64,000 nucleotides of DNA from an uncultured Gemmatimonadales bacterium (GTDB lineage Bacteria > Gemmatimonadota > Gemmatimonadetes > Gemmatimonadales > GWC2-71-9), in the NCBI GenBank assembly GCA_963716055.1, contig CAVQSR010000001.1, positions 1,946,855 through 2,010,854 of the forward strand. Direction: 5' to 3'. Numbering within the stretch: position 1 is the first letter of the stretch; every line of letters begins with the position of its first letter. Both the position numbers and the translations under genes were made by a program. Shown here piece after piece: positions 17,994 to 27,043 of this stretch. The notes beneath the pieces are model-generated. The model saw only the letters and a program-made list of their open reading frames with translations. It was not told the origin of the DNA and did not search any database.

Positions 17994-18859
17994 GCGCACC
18001 GCTGCCCTACCGCGTCACCGACGTCCACATCCACATCCAGCCCTGGCGGGACCTCAAGCCCAAGGTCCAGGAGGCGATGCGGCGCGGCAAGGAAGCGCAC
18101 TGGGACTTCCTCCTGGCGATGATGGACGATCCCGCGATCCTGCTCGACATCATGGATCGCTCGGGCGTGTGGCGGGTCGGCATGGTGAACTACGTCAGCC
18201 CGGACGTCATGGGCTTCACGGACTCCACCAACGCCTTCGTCGCCCGGTATGCCGAGGCGAGCCCGGAGCGCCTGCTCCCCTACGGCGGCGTGCATCCGCG
18301 GTTCACGCGCGATCCGGCGGGAGACGTGGACCGGCTGGTGGAAATGGGGATCAGACTCCTCAAGATCCACCCGCCTCACATGATGTTCCCCGCCAACGCC
18401 TACACCGACGGTCTCGACGCGCTCGGCGCGATCTATCGTCGCTGCGAGGAGCGCGGTCTCCCCGTCATGGTGCACACCGGGACGAGCATCTTCCCGGGTG
18501 CGCGCTCGAAGTACGGGAGCCCGCTCGAGCTGGACGACGTGGCGATCGATTTCCCGGACCTGCGGATCGTGATGGCGCATGGCGGGCGGCCGTTCTGGAC
18601 CGAAGAGGCGTTCTTCATCCTGCGCCGGCATCCGAACGTCTGGCTCGACGTCTCGGGCATTCCGCCGCTCAAGCTGTTGGACTACTTTCCCCGGCTCGGG
18701 GATATCTTCGCGAAGGTCCTGTGGGGGACCGACTGGCCGAGCCCGGGCGTGAAGGATTTGCGGCAGAATCTCGATCAGTTCCTGAGCCTGCCGCTGTCGG
18801 ACGACCAGCGACGGGCGGTGGTCGAGATCAATCCCCTCAGACTGTTCCCTTCGGGTTGA
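17990..18859 (+). CDS. metal-dependent amidohydrolase (amidohydrolase-2/TIM-barrel type)
   Basis: VTDVHIHIQPW..., MVHTG, RIVMAHGGRPFW and WGTDWP. GTGA overlap with the upstream stop. Confidence 0.75.
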   Translation: MSAPLPYRVTDVHIHIQPWRDLKPKVQEAMRRGKEAHWDFLLAMMDDPAILLDIMDRSGVWRVGMVNYVSPDVMGFTDSTNAFVARYAEASPERLLPYGGVHPRFTRDPAGDVDRLVEMGIRLLKIHPPHMMFPANAYTDGLDALGAIYRRCEERGLPVMVHTGTSIFPGARSKYGSPLELDDVAIDFPDLRIVMAHGGRPFWTEEAFFILRRHPNVWLDVSGIPPLKLLDYFPRLGDIFAKVLWGTDWPSPGVKDLRQNLDQFLSLPLSDDQRRAVVEINPLRLFPSG

Positions 18860-18908
18860 TTCCGGCTCTCCCGCCGGGAGTCGATCCGCCGCACAGGAGG
18901 ATTCGGCA

Positions 18909-20279
18909 GTGATCAAACGGCTTTGGATTCTCGGCCTGCTCGCCGCGGCGATGCCCGCGGCGGTCGCGGCCCAGGCAGGCGTCGTGCGGTACGAGCAGTT
19001 CGCGCTCGCCAACGGTCTTCGCGTGATCTACTCGGAGGACCATTCGACGCCGATCGTGACCGCCAACGTGTGGTACAACGTCGGCTCGCGCGATGAGCGG
19101 CCGGGTCGCTCGGGGTTCGCCCACCTGTTCGAGCACATGATGTTCCAGGGCTCGGCCAACGTCAAAAAGGCGGAGCATTTTCAGCTGGTGCAGCGCGCCG
19201 GCGGCTCGATGAACGGCACGACGTCGGAGGACCGCACCAATTACTTCGAGACGGTCCCGGCCAACCGCTTCAATCTGGCGCTGTGGCTCGAGGCGGATCG
19301 CATGCGCTCCCTCGCGATCACCCAGGAGAACTTCGAGAACCAGCGCGAGACAGTGAAGGAAGAGCGCCGCCTGGGCGTCGACAACCGGCCGTACGGCGCC
19401 GCGTTCACCGACGGCATGGCGCTGCCGTTCGACAGCACCGCGTGCTTTGCGTACGCACACACGGTGATCGGCTCCATGGACGATCTCAACGCGGCCAAGC
19501 TCGAGGACGTCCAGGCGTTCTTCGACACGTACTACGCGCCGAACAACGCGACCCTCGTCGTGGTGGGCGATTTCGACCCCGCCGAACTGCGCCGGTTGGC
19601 GACGCTGTACTTCGCGGACATTCCCCGGCGGTCCGATCCGCCCGCCGTCACCTGTGAGGTCGCGTTCGCTCCCGGCCCGGTGCGCCGTGAGGTCGCCGAT
19701 CGGCAGGCGAACTTGGATGCCGTGCTGCGCTTCTACCGGATCCCCGCGCACAGCCACGCCGACACGCCGGCGCTCGAGCTGCTCAACCTGATCCTGGGTC
19801 AGGGCGAGAGCTCGCGGCTGAACCTCGCGATCGTGCGGCGCGCCAAGGCCGCGCTGGGTGCCGGCGCCCTCTTGAATCCGTCGGGACCGCGTCGGGGACC
19901 GGGGGTCGCCATGGTGTTCGGCATCATCAATCAAGGGGTCGCGGTGGACCACCTCGACAGCTTGCTGGTCGAGCAGATGGACTCGATCCGCGCCCATGGG
20001 GTCACGGCCGAGGAGCTGACCAAAGCCAAGAACGGCTTCCGCGCCGCGTTCGTGAACAACCGCGAGACGACGATGAGCAAGGCGGAAGAGCTGCACCACT
20101 ACCTGATGTTCCATGAATCGCTCGAGGAGATCAATACCGACCTCGAGACCATCCTCGCGGTGACGGCGGATGACGTGCGCCGCGTCGCACAGCGCTACTT
20201 CGATCCCGCCAACGCCGTGACCGTGATCGTGCGGCCCGCGCCGGCAGCGGGTCCCGCAGGTCAAGGAGGCTCGCGATGA
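18909..20279 (+). CDS. M16 (pitrilysin/insulinase) family zinc peptidase, secreted
   Basis: 456 aa. Signal peptide ..AAMPAAVAAQA. HxxEH zinc motif in GFAHLFEHMMFQGS. AGGAGG Shine-Dalgarno. Confidence 0.9.
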   Translation: MIKRLWILGLLAAAMPAAVAAQAGVVRYEQFALANGLRVIYSEDHSTPIVTANVWYNVGSRDERPGRSGFAHLFEHMMFQGSANVKKAEHFQLVQRAGGSMNGTTSEDRTNYFETVPANRFNLALWLEADRMRSLAITQENFENQRETVKEERRLGVDNRPYGAAFTDGMALPFDSTACFAYAHTVIGSMDDLNAAKLEDVQAFFDTYYAPNNATLVVVGDFDPAELRRLATLYFADIPRRSDPPAVTCEVAFAPGPVRREVADRQANLDAVLRFYRIPAHSHADTPALELLNLILGQGESSRLNLAIVRRAKAALGAGALLNPSGPRRGPGVAMVFGIINQGVAVDHLDSLLVEQMDSIRAHGVTAEELTKAKNGFRAAFVNNRETTMSKAEELHHYLMFHESLEEINTDLETILAVTADDVRRVAQRYFDPANAVTVIVRPAPAAGPAGQGGSR

Positions 20280-22387
20280 CCGCCGCACGACGGCTCCCCC
20301 CAACGACGGTGCTCGGGACGCTCGTGGCACTGGCCGTCGGCCTCGCCGGCACCCTGCCCGCGCAGGACACGCTCCCGTCCCGGCCGCCCGCGCCGACGGC
20401 ACTCACGCCCGTGCGGTTCCCTCCGTTCCAGGAAGCCCGACTCTCCAACGGACTGACGCTGCTCGTGGTCGAGCACCATGAGCAGCCCACCGTGAGCGTG
20501 ACGCTCGGATTCGGCGCCGGATCGCGCTACGACCCGGAAGGCCGGGAGGGACTGGCGGACCTGGCGGCCGAGCTGCTCACCAAGGGCACGCCGACTCGCA
20601 GCGCCGAGCAGATCGCGGCGACCATCGAAGGCGTGGGCGCGTCGCTCAGCGCCAGCGCCGGCATGGACTTCTTCACTGTCGGCACCTCCGTGCTCACGGC
20701 GCACCTCGAGACCGCCTTTGCCCTGCTCGCGGATGTCGTGCGCAATGCAACCGTGCCCGCCGAGGAACTGGAACTGGCGCGCACCCGCTACCTGTCGCAG
20801 CTGCAACTCGAGATGTCACAGCCCGAGGCGGTCGCCGCCCGGTACTTCGCGCGCGAGCTGTACGGCTCCCATCCCTACGGTCGCCGCGCCACCCCAGCGA
20901 GCTACCGGACCATCTCGCGCGAGGACGTGCAGTCCTTCCTGGCGCAGCGGCTCCGGCCACGCGATGCCCTGCTCGTCGTCGCCGGCGATCTCACGATGCG
21001 CCAGGCACGCGCCCTCGTGGAGCGCCACCTCGCCGGGTGGCGCGGCGCGCCCACCGCCGTCGCGGAGTTCGCGACGCCAGCCCCGAAACGCAACACCGAC
21101 ATCCTGCTGATCCACCGGCCCGGTTCGGTCCAGGCGAACATCGTACTGGGCAACACCACGATGCTCCCGACCGACCCCAACTACTACGCGGCCCGGGTGG
21201 CCACCCAAGTCCTGGGCGGCGGCGCGGACGCGCGGCTCTTCCTCATCCTCAGGGAACAGAAGAGCTGGACGTATGGCGCCTACGCCTCGCTCGCCCGTTA
21301 CAAGGGCCTCGGCTTCTGGCAGGCGACCGCCGAGACGCGGACCGCCGTCGCCGACAGCGCGCTGACCGAGGTGCTGCGACAGGTGGACCGCATGCGCTCC
21401 GACATGGTGCCCGACAGTGAGCTGACCAACGTGCGTGGGTTTCTCGTGGGCTCGTTCCCGCTTTCCATCGAGACTCCGCAGCAGATCGCCAATCAGGTGG
21501 CGTCGGTGCGCCGCCTCGGGCTGCCGGACGACTACCTGCGGAACTACCGCGACCGGCTCGCCGCCGTGACCGCCTCCCGCGCGCGCGACGCAGCGGCCGC
21601 CACCTACCGGCGCGACGGGCTCACCATCGTCGTCGTCGGTGACGCGACGCAGCTGCGGGACCGGCTGGCGGCCATCGCGCCGGTGCGGCTCGCCGACATC
21701 GACGGCAACCCGCTCACGCCCGACGACCTCGCGCCGAAGGCGGTTGCCGTGGCCCTCGACCGGGCGCAGATCGTGTCTCGCACCGACAGCTTCAACGTGG
21801 TCATTCAGGGCAATGTGCTCGGCAGCCAGGTGTGGAGCGTGACCGCGACCGCCGATTCATTGCTCTTTCGGGAGCGCCTCGCCATCGCCGCGGCGGGCGT
21901 GAGCCAGCAAACCACCGTCCGGTTCGATCCGGCCAGCGCCACGGTCCGGCAGGTGGACCAGACAGGCGGCGCCGCGGGACAGACGAGCGAGATCCACCTC
22001 ACCTACGCGGACGGCCACGTCCGCGGGACCAGCGTCACGCCGCAGCCGACCGGCACGCCGAAGTCGTTGACGATCGATACCACGATCGCAGCCGACACGT
22101 ATGACGACAACGCCTTGCCGCTCGTGATCACGGCCCTGCCCCTCGAGGTGGGCAAGACCCTCAACGTGAGCGTCTTCTCGTCCAACGACGCGACGGTGAA
22201 GGTGATGACCGTCAAAGTCGGTCCGCCGGAGTCGGTGACCGTGCCGGCGGGCGCGTTCGAGGCGTACCGGCTGGACGTCAGCGGCGGGCAGGCCCCGTAC
22301 GTGTTCCACGTCACGACCGCGACCCCGCGGCGCATCGTCAAGGTCGAGATCGTGGGCGCGCCGTTCGTCTTCGAGCTGGCCAAGTGA
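20276..22387 (+). CDS. M16 family peptidase-like subunit (no HxxEH seen) with a C-terminal extension of about 230 aa
   Basis: 703 aa with a signal peptide. The M16 fold sequence reads LSNGLTLLVVEHHEQPTVSV...GLADLAAELLTKGT. Residues from about 470 to 703 are beta-rich and I cannot assign them. ATGA overlap with the upstream M16 gene. Confidence 0.8.
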   Translation: MTAARRLPPTTVLGTLVALAVGLAGTLPAQDTLPSRPPAPTALTPVRFPPFQEARLSNGLTLLVVEHHEQPTVSVTLGFGAGSRYDPEGREGLADLAAELLTKGTPTRSAEQIAATIEGVGASLSASAGMDFFTVGTSVLTAHLETAFALLADVVRNATVPAEELELARTRYLSQLQLEMSQPEAVAARYFARELYGSHPYGRRATPASYRTISREDVQSFLAQRLRPRDALLVVAGDLTMRQARALVERHLAGWRGAPTAVAEFATPAPKRNTDILLIHRPGSVQANIVLGNTTMLPTDPNYYAARVATQVLGGGADARLFLILREQKSWTYGAYASLARYKGLGFWQATAETRTAVADSALTEVLRQVDRMRSDMVPDSELTNVRGFLVGSFPLSIETPQQIANQVASVRRLGLPDDYLRNYRDRLAAVTASRARDAAAATYRRDGLTIVVVGDATQLRDRLAAIAPVRLADIDGNPLTPDDLAPKAVAVALDRAQIVSRTDSFNVVIQGNVLGSQVWSVTATADSLLFRERLAIAAAGVSQQTTVRFDPASATVRQVDQTGGAAGQTSEIHLTYADGHVRGTSVTPQPTGTPKSLTIDTTIAADTYDDNALPLVITALPLEVGKTLNVSVFSSNDATVKVMTVKVGPPESVTVPAGAFEAYRLDVSGGQAPYVFHVTTATPRRIVKVEIVGAPFVFELAK

Positions 22388-23808
22388 GCGTCCCGCGACA
22401 CCACGCGTGGGCGGCGGCGCTCGCCGTCGCGGCCAGCGCCTGCAGTGCGGCCCGTGGGGCCCCCACGCAAGCGGACGCGGCGACGCCGGTGGTGGCTCGC
22501 GCGGACACCGCGAGCAGCGACCGGCCGCAATACCCTTCGACGTATCGACGGCGGGCGCATCCTCCCGTCGTGATCCGCAACGCGACGATCATGACCGCGG
22601 CCGGTCAGGAGATCGCGGGCGGGGCGATCCTGCTGCGCGACGGCCGCATCGTGGCGGTCGGCGCGAGCGTGGACGCCCCGGCCGACGCGGTCGTGGTGGA
22701 CGGCACCGGGAAATACGTCACGCCCGGGCTGATCGACACGCACTCCCACCTGGGCGTGTACGCCGCACCGGGCACGCCCGCCGAGTCGGACGGCAACGAG
22801 TCGACCAATCCGGTGACCGCGGAGGTGTGGGCCGAGCACTCGGTGTGGCCGCAGGATCCCCAGATACCGCTGGCGATCGCGGGCGGCATCACCACGATGC
22901 AGGTACTGCCGGGCTCCGCCAATCTCATTGGGGGCCGCAGCGTCGTGCTCAAGCTGGTCCCCGCCCGCACCGTGCAGGAGATGAAATTCCCGGGCGCGCG
23001 CTACGGCGTGAAAATGGCGTGCGGCGAGAATCCCAAGCGCATCTACCAGAACCGCGGGCCGTCGACTCGCATGGGCAACATGGCGGGCTATCGAGCCGCG
23101 TTCATCGACGCCGAGCGCTATCTGGAGCGCTGGGATCGCTGGCGGCGGGACCGGACCCGCGAGCGCCCCGACCGCAACCTGCGGAGCGAGACGCTGGCCG
23201 GGGTGCTGCGCGGCGAGATCCTGGTGCACAACCACTGCTATCGCGCCGACGAAATGGCGCAGATGCTCGACCTGGCGAGCGAGTTCGGGTTCCGGATCCG
23301 CTCGTTCCACCATGCGGTCGAGGCTTACAAGGTCGCCGACCTGCTGGCCCAGGCAGGCACGGCCGCCTCGATCTGGGCGGACTGGTGGGGCTTCAAGGAG
23401 GAGGCGATGGACGGGGTGCAGGAGAACGCCGCGCTGCTCCAGCGCGGCGGCGCCCGGGCCATCATCCACTCCGACTCGCCCAGCGGTATCCAGCGCCTCA
23501 ACCAGGAAGCCGCGAAGGCGATGTACGCCGGGATCCGCGCCGGCCTCCCGGTGACCCGCGACGAGGCGCTCCGCTGGATCACGCTGAATCCCGCTTGGGC
23601 GCTGGGCATTGATTCCATCACGGGCACGCTCGAGCCGGGCAAGATGGCGGACGTCGTGCTGTGGTCGGGCGACCCGTTCTCGGTGTACAGCCAGGCGCTG
23701 CAGGTGTACAACGACGGGTGGCTGGTGTTCGACCGCAACGACCCCGCGCGCCGTCCCCGCACCGATTTCGAGCTGTGGCAGGTCCCCGCCCCCGGGAGCG
23801 ACCGATGA
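22384..23808 (+). CDS. amidohydrolase family protein, secreted
   Basis: 474 aa with a signal peptide. YVTPGLIDTHSHLGV (metal-binding HxH), IHSDSP and an overall imidazolonepropionase/dipeptidase-like amidohydrolase layout. Confidence 0.85.
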   Translation: MSVPRHHAWAAALAVAASACSAARGAPTQADAATPVVARADTASSDRPQYPSTYRRRAHPPVVIRNATIMTAAGQEIAGGAILLRDGRIVAVGASVDAPADAVVVDGTGKYVTPGLIDTHSHLGVYAAPGTPAESDGNESTNPVTAEVWAEHSVWPQDPQIPLAIAGGITTMQVLPGSANLIGGRSVVLKLVPARTVQEMKFPGARYGVKMACGENPKRIYQNRGPSTRMGNMAGYRAAFIDAERYLERWDRWRRDRTRERPDRNLRSETLAGVLRGEILVHNHCYRADEMAQMLDLASEFGFRIRSFHHAVEAYKVADLLAQAGTAASIWADWWGFKEEAMDGVQENAALLQRGGARAIIHSDSPSGIQRLNQEAAKAMYAGIRAGLPVTRDEALRWITLNPAWALGIDSITGTLEPGKMADVVLWSGDPFSVYSQALQVYNDGWLVFDRNDPARRPRTDFELWQVPAPGSDR

Positions 23809-25013
23809 TCGCCCTGCTGCTCGCCCAGACGATCGCCATCACCGGCGCCACCGTGCACCCGGTATCGGGGCCGACGCTCGAGAACGCGACCGTCGTGATC
23901 CGGGATGGGATGATCGCGGCCGTGGGTCGGGACGTCCGGGTCCCGGCGGGCGCACGCGTCATCGACGCGCGCGGGAAGGTGGTCACGCCGGGGCTGTTCA
24001 ACGGCGGTACGCAGCTGGGGTTGACCGAGATCTCGGCGGTCGCGAGCAACAACGAAGGCAGCCTGTCGGGCAACGATGTGGCGGCGTCGTTCCACGTCGC
24101 GGCGGGCATCAACCCGGCCTCGCAGCTGATCCCGGTCACGCGGGTGGAAGGCGTGACCACGGTCCTCACCGCGCCGAGCGGCGGCCTCATCGCCGGCCAG
24201 GCCGTGGTGATCGATCTCGCCGGCGCGACCGTGGGCGAGATGCTGGCCGCCCCGGTCGCGCTGATGGTGGCGAACATCGCGGCGAAACAAGCGGGGGGCG
24301 GGTCGCGCGCGGGCGTGGCGGCCCGGCTGCGGCAGGTGCTCGACGACGCCCGCGAGTACCAGCGGCGGCGCGGCGACTACCAGCGGGCCCAAATGCAGCC
24401 CCTCGCCGCGCCCGCGGCGGACCTGGCGGCGCTGCAACCCGTCCTCGCCGGCACCCTGCCGCTCGCGATCGACGCGGATCGCAAGAGCGACATCCAGGCC
24501 GCGCTCCGGCTCGGGGCGGATTACGGCCTCCGGCTCGTCATCGCGGGCGGCGCGGAGGCCTGGATGGTGGCCGACGAGCTGGCGGCCGCGAAGGTCCCGG
24601 TCGTTCTCTCCCCGCTCACGAACATCCCCAGCTACCGCGCGCCGGGCGCGCGCTACGGCAACGCCGCGTTGCTGCACCGTGCCGGCGTCCGCGTCGCGTT
24701 CACCGTGGGGGGCGACGGCTCGCACAACAGCCGGCTGCTCAAGCAGGAGGCCGGCAACGCCGTTAGCTACGGTCTGCCGTGGGACGCGGCGCTCCGCGCG
24801 GTCACGCTCACCCCCGCGGAGCTCTACGGGTTGGGCGACCGCTACGGCTCGCTCGACCCGGGCAAAGTGGCCAACGTCGTCGTGTGGAGCGGCGACCCGT
24901 TCGAATTCGCGACCGCCGTGGAGCACGTCTTCATTCGCGGACGCGAGATCCCGCTCACCAGCCGGCAGACGGAGCTGCTCGAGCGCTACCGCAGCCTGCC
25001 GCCGAAGTACTAG
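23805..25013 (+). CDS. amidohydrolase family protein (402 aa)
   Basis: MIALLLAQTIAITGATVHPVSG...VIRDGMIAAVG...VVTPGLF... ATG at 23805 overlaps the upstream stop (ATGA). The stop TAG at 25011 is the first triplet of the decamer array. Confidence 0.82.
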   Translation: MIALLLAQTIAITGATVHPVSGPTLENATVVIRDGMIAAVGRDVRVPAGARVIDARGKVVTPGLFNGGTQLGLTEISAVASNNEGSLSGNDVAASFHVAAGINPASQLIPVTRVEGVTTVLTAPSGGLIAGQAVVIDLAGATVGEMLAAPVALMVANIAAKQAGGGSRAGVAARLRQVLDDAREYQRRRGDYQRAQMQPLAAPAADLAALQPVLAGTLPLAIDADRKSDIQAALRLGADYGLRLVIAGGAEAWMVADELAAAKVPVVLSPLTNIPSYRAPGARYGNAALLHRAGVRVAFTVGGDGSHNSRLLKQEAGNAVSYGLPWDAALRAVTLTPAELYGLGDRYGSLDPGKVANVVVWSGDPFEFATAVEHVFIRGREIPLTSRQTELLERYRSLPPKY

Positions 25014-25070
25014 GACGGTAGAAGACGGTAGAGGGCGGTAGAAGACGGTAGAGGGCGGTAGAAGACGGTA
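25011..25070 (+). repeat. tandem array of 6 x 10 bp, GARGRCGGTA (20-bp super-unit gaagacggtagagggcggta)
   Basis: Read directly: taggacggta gaagacggta gagggcggta gaagacggta gagggcggta gaagacggta. TAG recurs every 10 bp. Confidence 0.95.
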
Positions 25071-25129
25071 GTATCGCGGGGCCGCGTTGGGAAACGATGC
25101 CGTCGGCGCCGAAATGATGCTGCTGCGGC

Positions 25130-25519
25130 TTGACCCCCGCGCCATGTTGCCCCGTGTACCCTCACGAGCGCCTCGCGGCTTGGCGGGAAGCCTATCAACT
25201 GACGCTCGCCACCTATCGCGCCACCTCCGCTTTCCCCAAGCACGAGCTGTATGGTCTCACCGCGCAGGCGCGCCGGGCCGCGGTGTCCGTAATCGCGAAC
25301 ATCGCGGAGGGCTCGGCCAAGCGAGGCAGCCGAGAGTTGCGACGTTATCTCGACATCGCCCTGGGATCGATGTCCGAGCTGAGCTGCCTGCTGCAACTGT
25401 CGCGCGACCTTGGCTACATCGCCGCCACCGATGCCGCAGTCCTCAACGATCTCCGCCAGCGCAGCGGCTTCCTGCTGTGGCGACTGTATCGATCGATCGC
25501 GGCGAGAAGCCGGCCGTAG
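25130..25519 (+). CDS. four-helix-bundle protein (23S rRNA intervening-sequence protein / Avd family)
   Basis: LAAWREAYQLTLATYRATSAFPKHELYGLTAQARRAAVSVIANIAEGSAKRGSRELRRYLDIALGSMSELSCLLQLSRDLGYI matches the family hallmarks (FP..E.YGLT.Q.RRAA.S...NIAEG). The track start is TTG at 25130. GTG at 25154 is an equally plausible start. Confidence 0.85.
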   Translation: MTPAPCCPVYPHERLAAWREAYQLTLATYRATSAFPKHELYGLTAQARRAAVSVIANIAEGSAKRGSRELRRYLDIALGSMSELSCLLQLSRDLGYIAATDAAVLNDLRQRSGFLLWRLYRSIAARSRP

Positions 25520-25640
25520 AGCGCTCTACCGCCCACGCCCGCCTGCCCCGACTTGTCCCGACTTGTCCCGACTTCTCCCGACTTCTCCCGACCTCTACCG
25601 ACTTCTCCCGACCTCTACCGACCTCTACCGACTTCTATTC
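25516..25640 (-). repeat. inverted decamer array: palindrome GTAGAGCGCTCTAC, then about 12 units ACYTSTMCCG (minus-strand reading CGGKASARGT)
   Basis: The clean units at 25551-25640 are acttgtcccg x2, acttctcccg x2, acctctaccg, acttctcccg, acctctaccg x2 and acttctattc. Degenerate units occupy 25521-25550. The array overlaps the last codons and the stop of the nitroreductase gene. Confidence 0.93.
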
Positions 25641-26299
25641 CAGACCGCGATCTCCGCCAGCGCCTTGCGCTGCAGGTCCGGCACGGTGGCATCGCCGGCC
25701 GGATATCCCACCGGCAGCAGCACGAAGGGTCGCTCCCACTCCGGGCGCCCGAGGATGCGGTTGAGAAACTCCATCGGGCTCGGTGTGTGCGTCAGCGTGG
25801 CGAGACCCATCGTGTGCAGCGCGGCGATGAGCAGCCCGGTCGCGATCCCGACCGACTCCACCGAGTAGTACGTCTTGCGCTTGGCGCCGCCCGCGCCCGG
25901 CCGCCACGCATGGCGAAACACGACGATCAGGTACGGCGCGATCTCGAGGAACGGCTTGCGCCAATCGGTGCCGAGGGGCGCCAGGTCCTCGAGCCACTCG
26001 GGCGGCGCCCGCCGCTCGTAGAACTCCCGCTCTTCCGCTTCGGCCCCCGCACGGATCTCGCCCTTGAGCCGCGGATCGTCCACGACGACGAACGTCCAAG
26101 GCTGCTGGTGCGCCCCCGAGGGCGCGGTGCCCGCCGTCCGGATGGCGATCTCGATCAGTTCGCGAGGCACGGGGTCACCGCTAAACGACCGCACCGTGCG
26201 CCGCCCGCGCATGGCATCGTGGAACGCGCGGCCGCGCGTGAGCGCCGCGGCGGGAGCGACCCGCTGCGGCCGGTAGGGGATGTGAGGGTATTCGGCCAT
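25625..26299 (-). CDS. nitroreductase family protein (iodotyrosine-deiodinase/BluB-like subgroup)
   Basis: 224 aa with [41 protein letters not shown]... and ...[28 protein letters not shown]. Confidence 0.82.
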   Translation of the reverse strand: MAEYPHIPYRPQRVAPAAALTRGRAFHDAMRGRRTVRSFSGDPVPRELIEIAIRTAGTAPSGAHQQPWTFVVVDDPRLKGEIRAGAEAEEREFYERRAPPEWLEDLAPLGTDWRKPFLEIAPYLIVVFRHAWRPGAGGAKRKTYYSVESVGIATGLLIAALHTMGLATLTHTPSPMEFLNRILGRPEWERPFVLLPVGYPAGDATVPDLQRKALAEIAVWNRSR

Positions 26300-26352
26300 G
26301 CGGAGGAATGTAGGGAGAAACGCGAACGGCGGCCGGGTTGCCCCGACCGCCG

Positions 26353-26397
26353 TTGTCCGTCTCGTCCGTCTTGTCCGTCTTGTCCGTCTCGTCCGTC
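26353..26397 (-). repeat. tandem array of 5 x 9 bp, GACGGACRA (minus-strand reading)
   Basis: The plus strand reads ttgtccgtc tcgtccgtc ttgtccgtc ttgtccgtc tcgtccgtc. The array begins 2 nt after the rpmA TAG stop. Confidence 0.95.
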
Positions 26398-26399
26398 GC

Positions 26400-26666
26400 C
26401 TAGCCCGCGGCGGGAGCGGGATACACCGAGATTTTGTACCGCTTCTTGTTCTTGTGCTCGAACTTCACGAAGCCGTCCACCGTCGTGAACAACGAGTCGT
26501 CCGTGGCGCGGCGGACGTTGGTTCCCGGATGGAACTTCGTCCCCCGCTGCCGGACGATGATCGAGCCGGCGGTGACGAATTCCCCACCGAACCGTTTCAC
26601 GCCCAGGTACTTGGGCCCCGAGTCCCGGCCGTTGCGCGAGGAGCCGACGCCTTTCTTGTGTGCCAT
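26400..26666 (-). CDS. rpmA: 50S ribosomal protein L27
   Basis: [48 protein letters not shown]. Confidence 0.97.
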   Translation of the reverse strand: MAHKKGVGSSRNGRDSGPKYLGVKRFGGEFVTAGSIIVRQRGTKFHPGTNVRRATDDSLFTTVDGFVKFEHKNKKRYKISVYPAPAAG

Positions 26667-26674
26667 GCTTTACC

Positions 26675-26992
26675 TCATCCCAGCTGCACGTCGCGAATTC
26701 TCACCTCGGTGAACCCCTGGCGATGCCCCGCCTTGCGGCGATACCCGGAGCGACGCGCGAAGCGGAAGATCCGGATCTTCGCCCCGACGCCGTGCCGCAC
26801 CACCTCCGCCGTGACCGTGGCGCCGCGGACCTGCGGCTGCCCCACGACCACCTGCTCCCCGTCACCCGTCAGCAGCACCTGATCGAAGATGACCGTGGCG
26901 CCGGCTTCGGCCGGGAGGCTCGGCAGTTTGAGCGTGACGCCGGGCTCGGCACGGAATTGCTTGCCCCCGGACGTGAAGATCGCGTACGCCAT
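26675..26992 (-). CDS. rplU: 50S ribosomal protein L21
   Basis: MAYAIFTSGGKQFRAEPG...KIRIFRFARRSGYRRKAGHRQGFTEVRI. Confidence 0.97.
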   Translation of the reverse strand: MAYAIFTSGGKQFRAEPGVTLKLPSLPAEAGATVIFDQVLLTGDGEQVVVGQPQVRGATVTAEVVRHGVGAKIRIFRFARRSGYRRKAGHRQGFTEVRIRDVQLG

Positions 26993-27043
26993 AAGGCGGG
27001 AACTCTAGCGGGGGCAACGGGTTCCGTCAAGAGACCGGCCCCG

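Noticed and set aside
25011-25640. Possible CRISPR array or diversity-generating retroelement, because Avd-like four-helix-bundle proteins accompany DGRs.
   Set aside because: The units are contiguous 10-mers with no spacers, and no cas genes are present, so this is not CRISPR. No reverse transcriptase and no template/variable repeat pair is detectable anywhere in the window, so a DGR is not supported.
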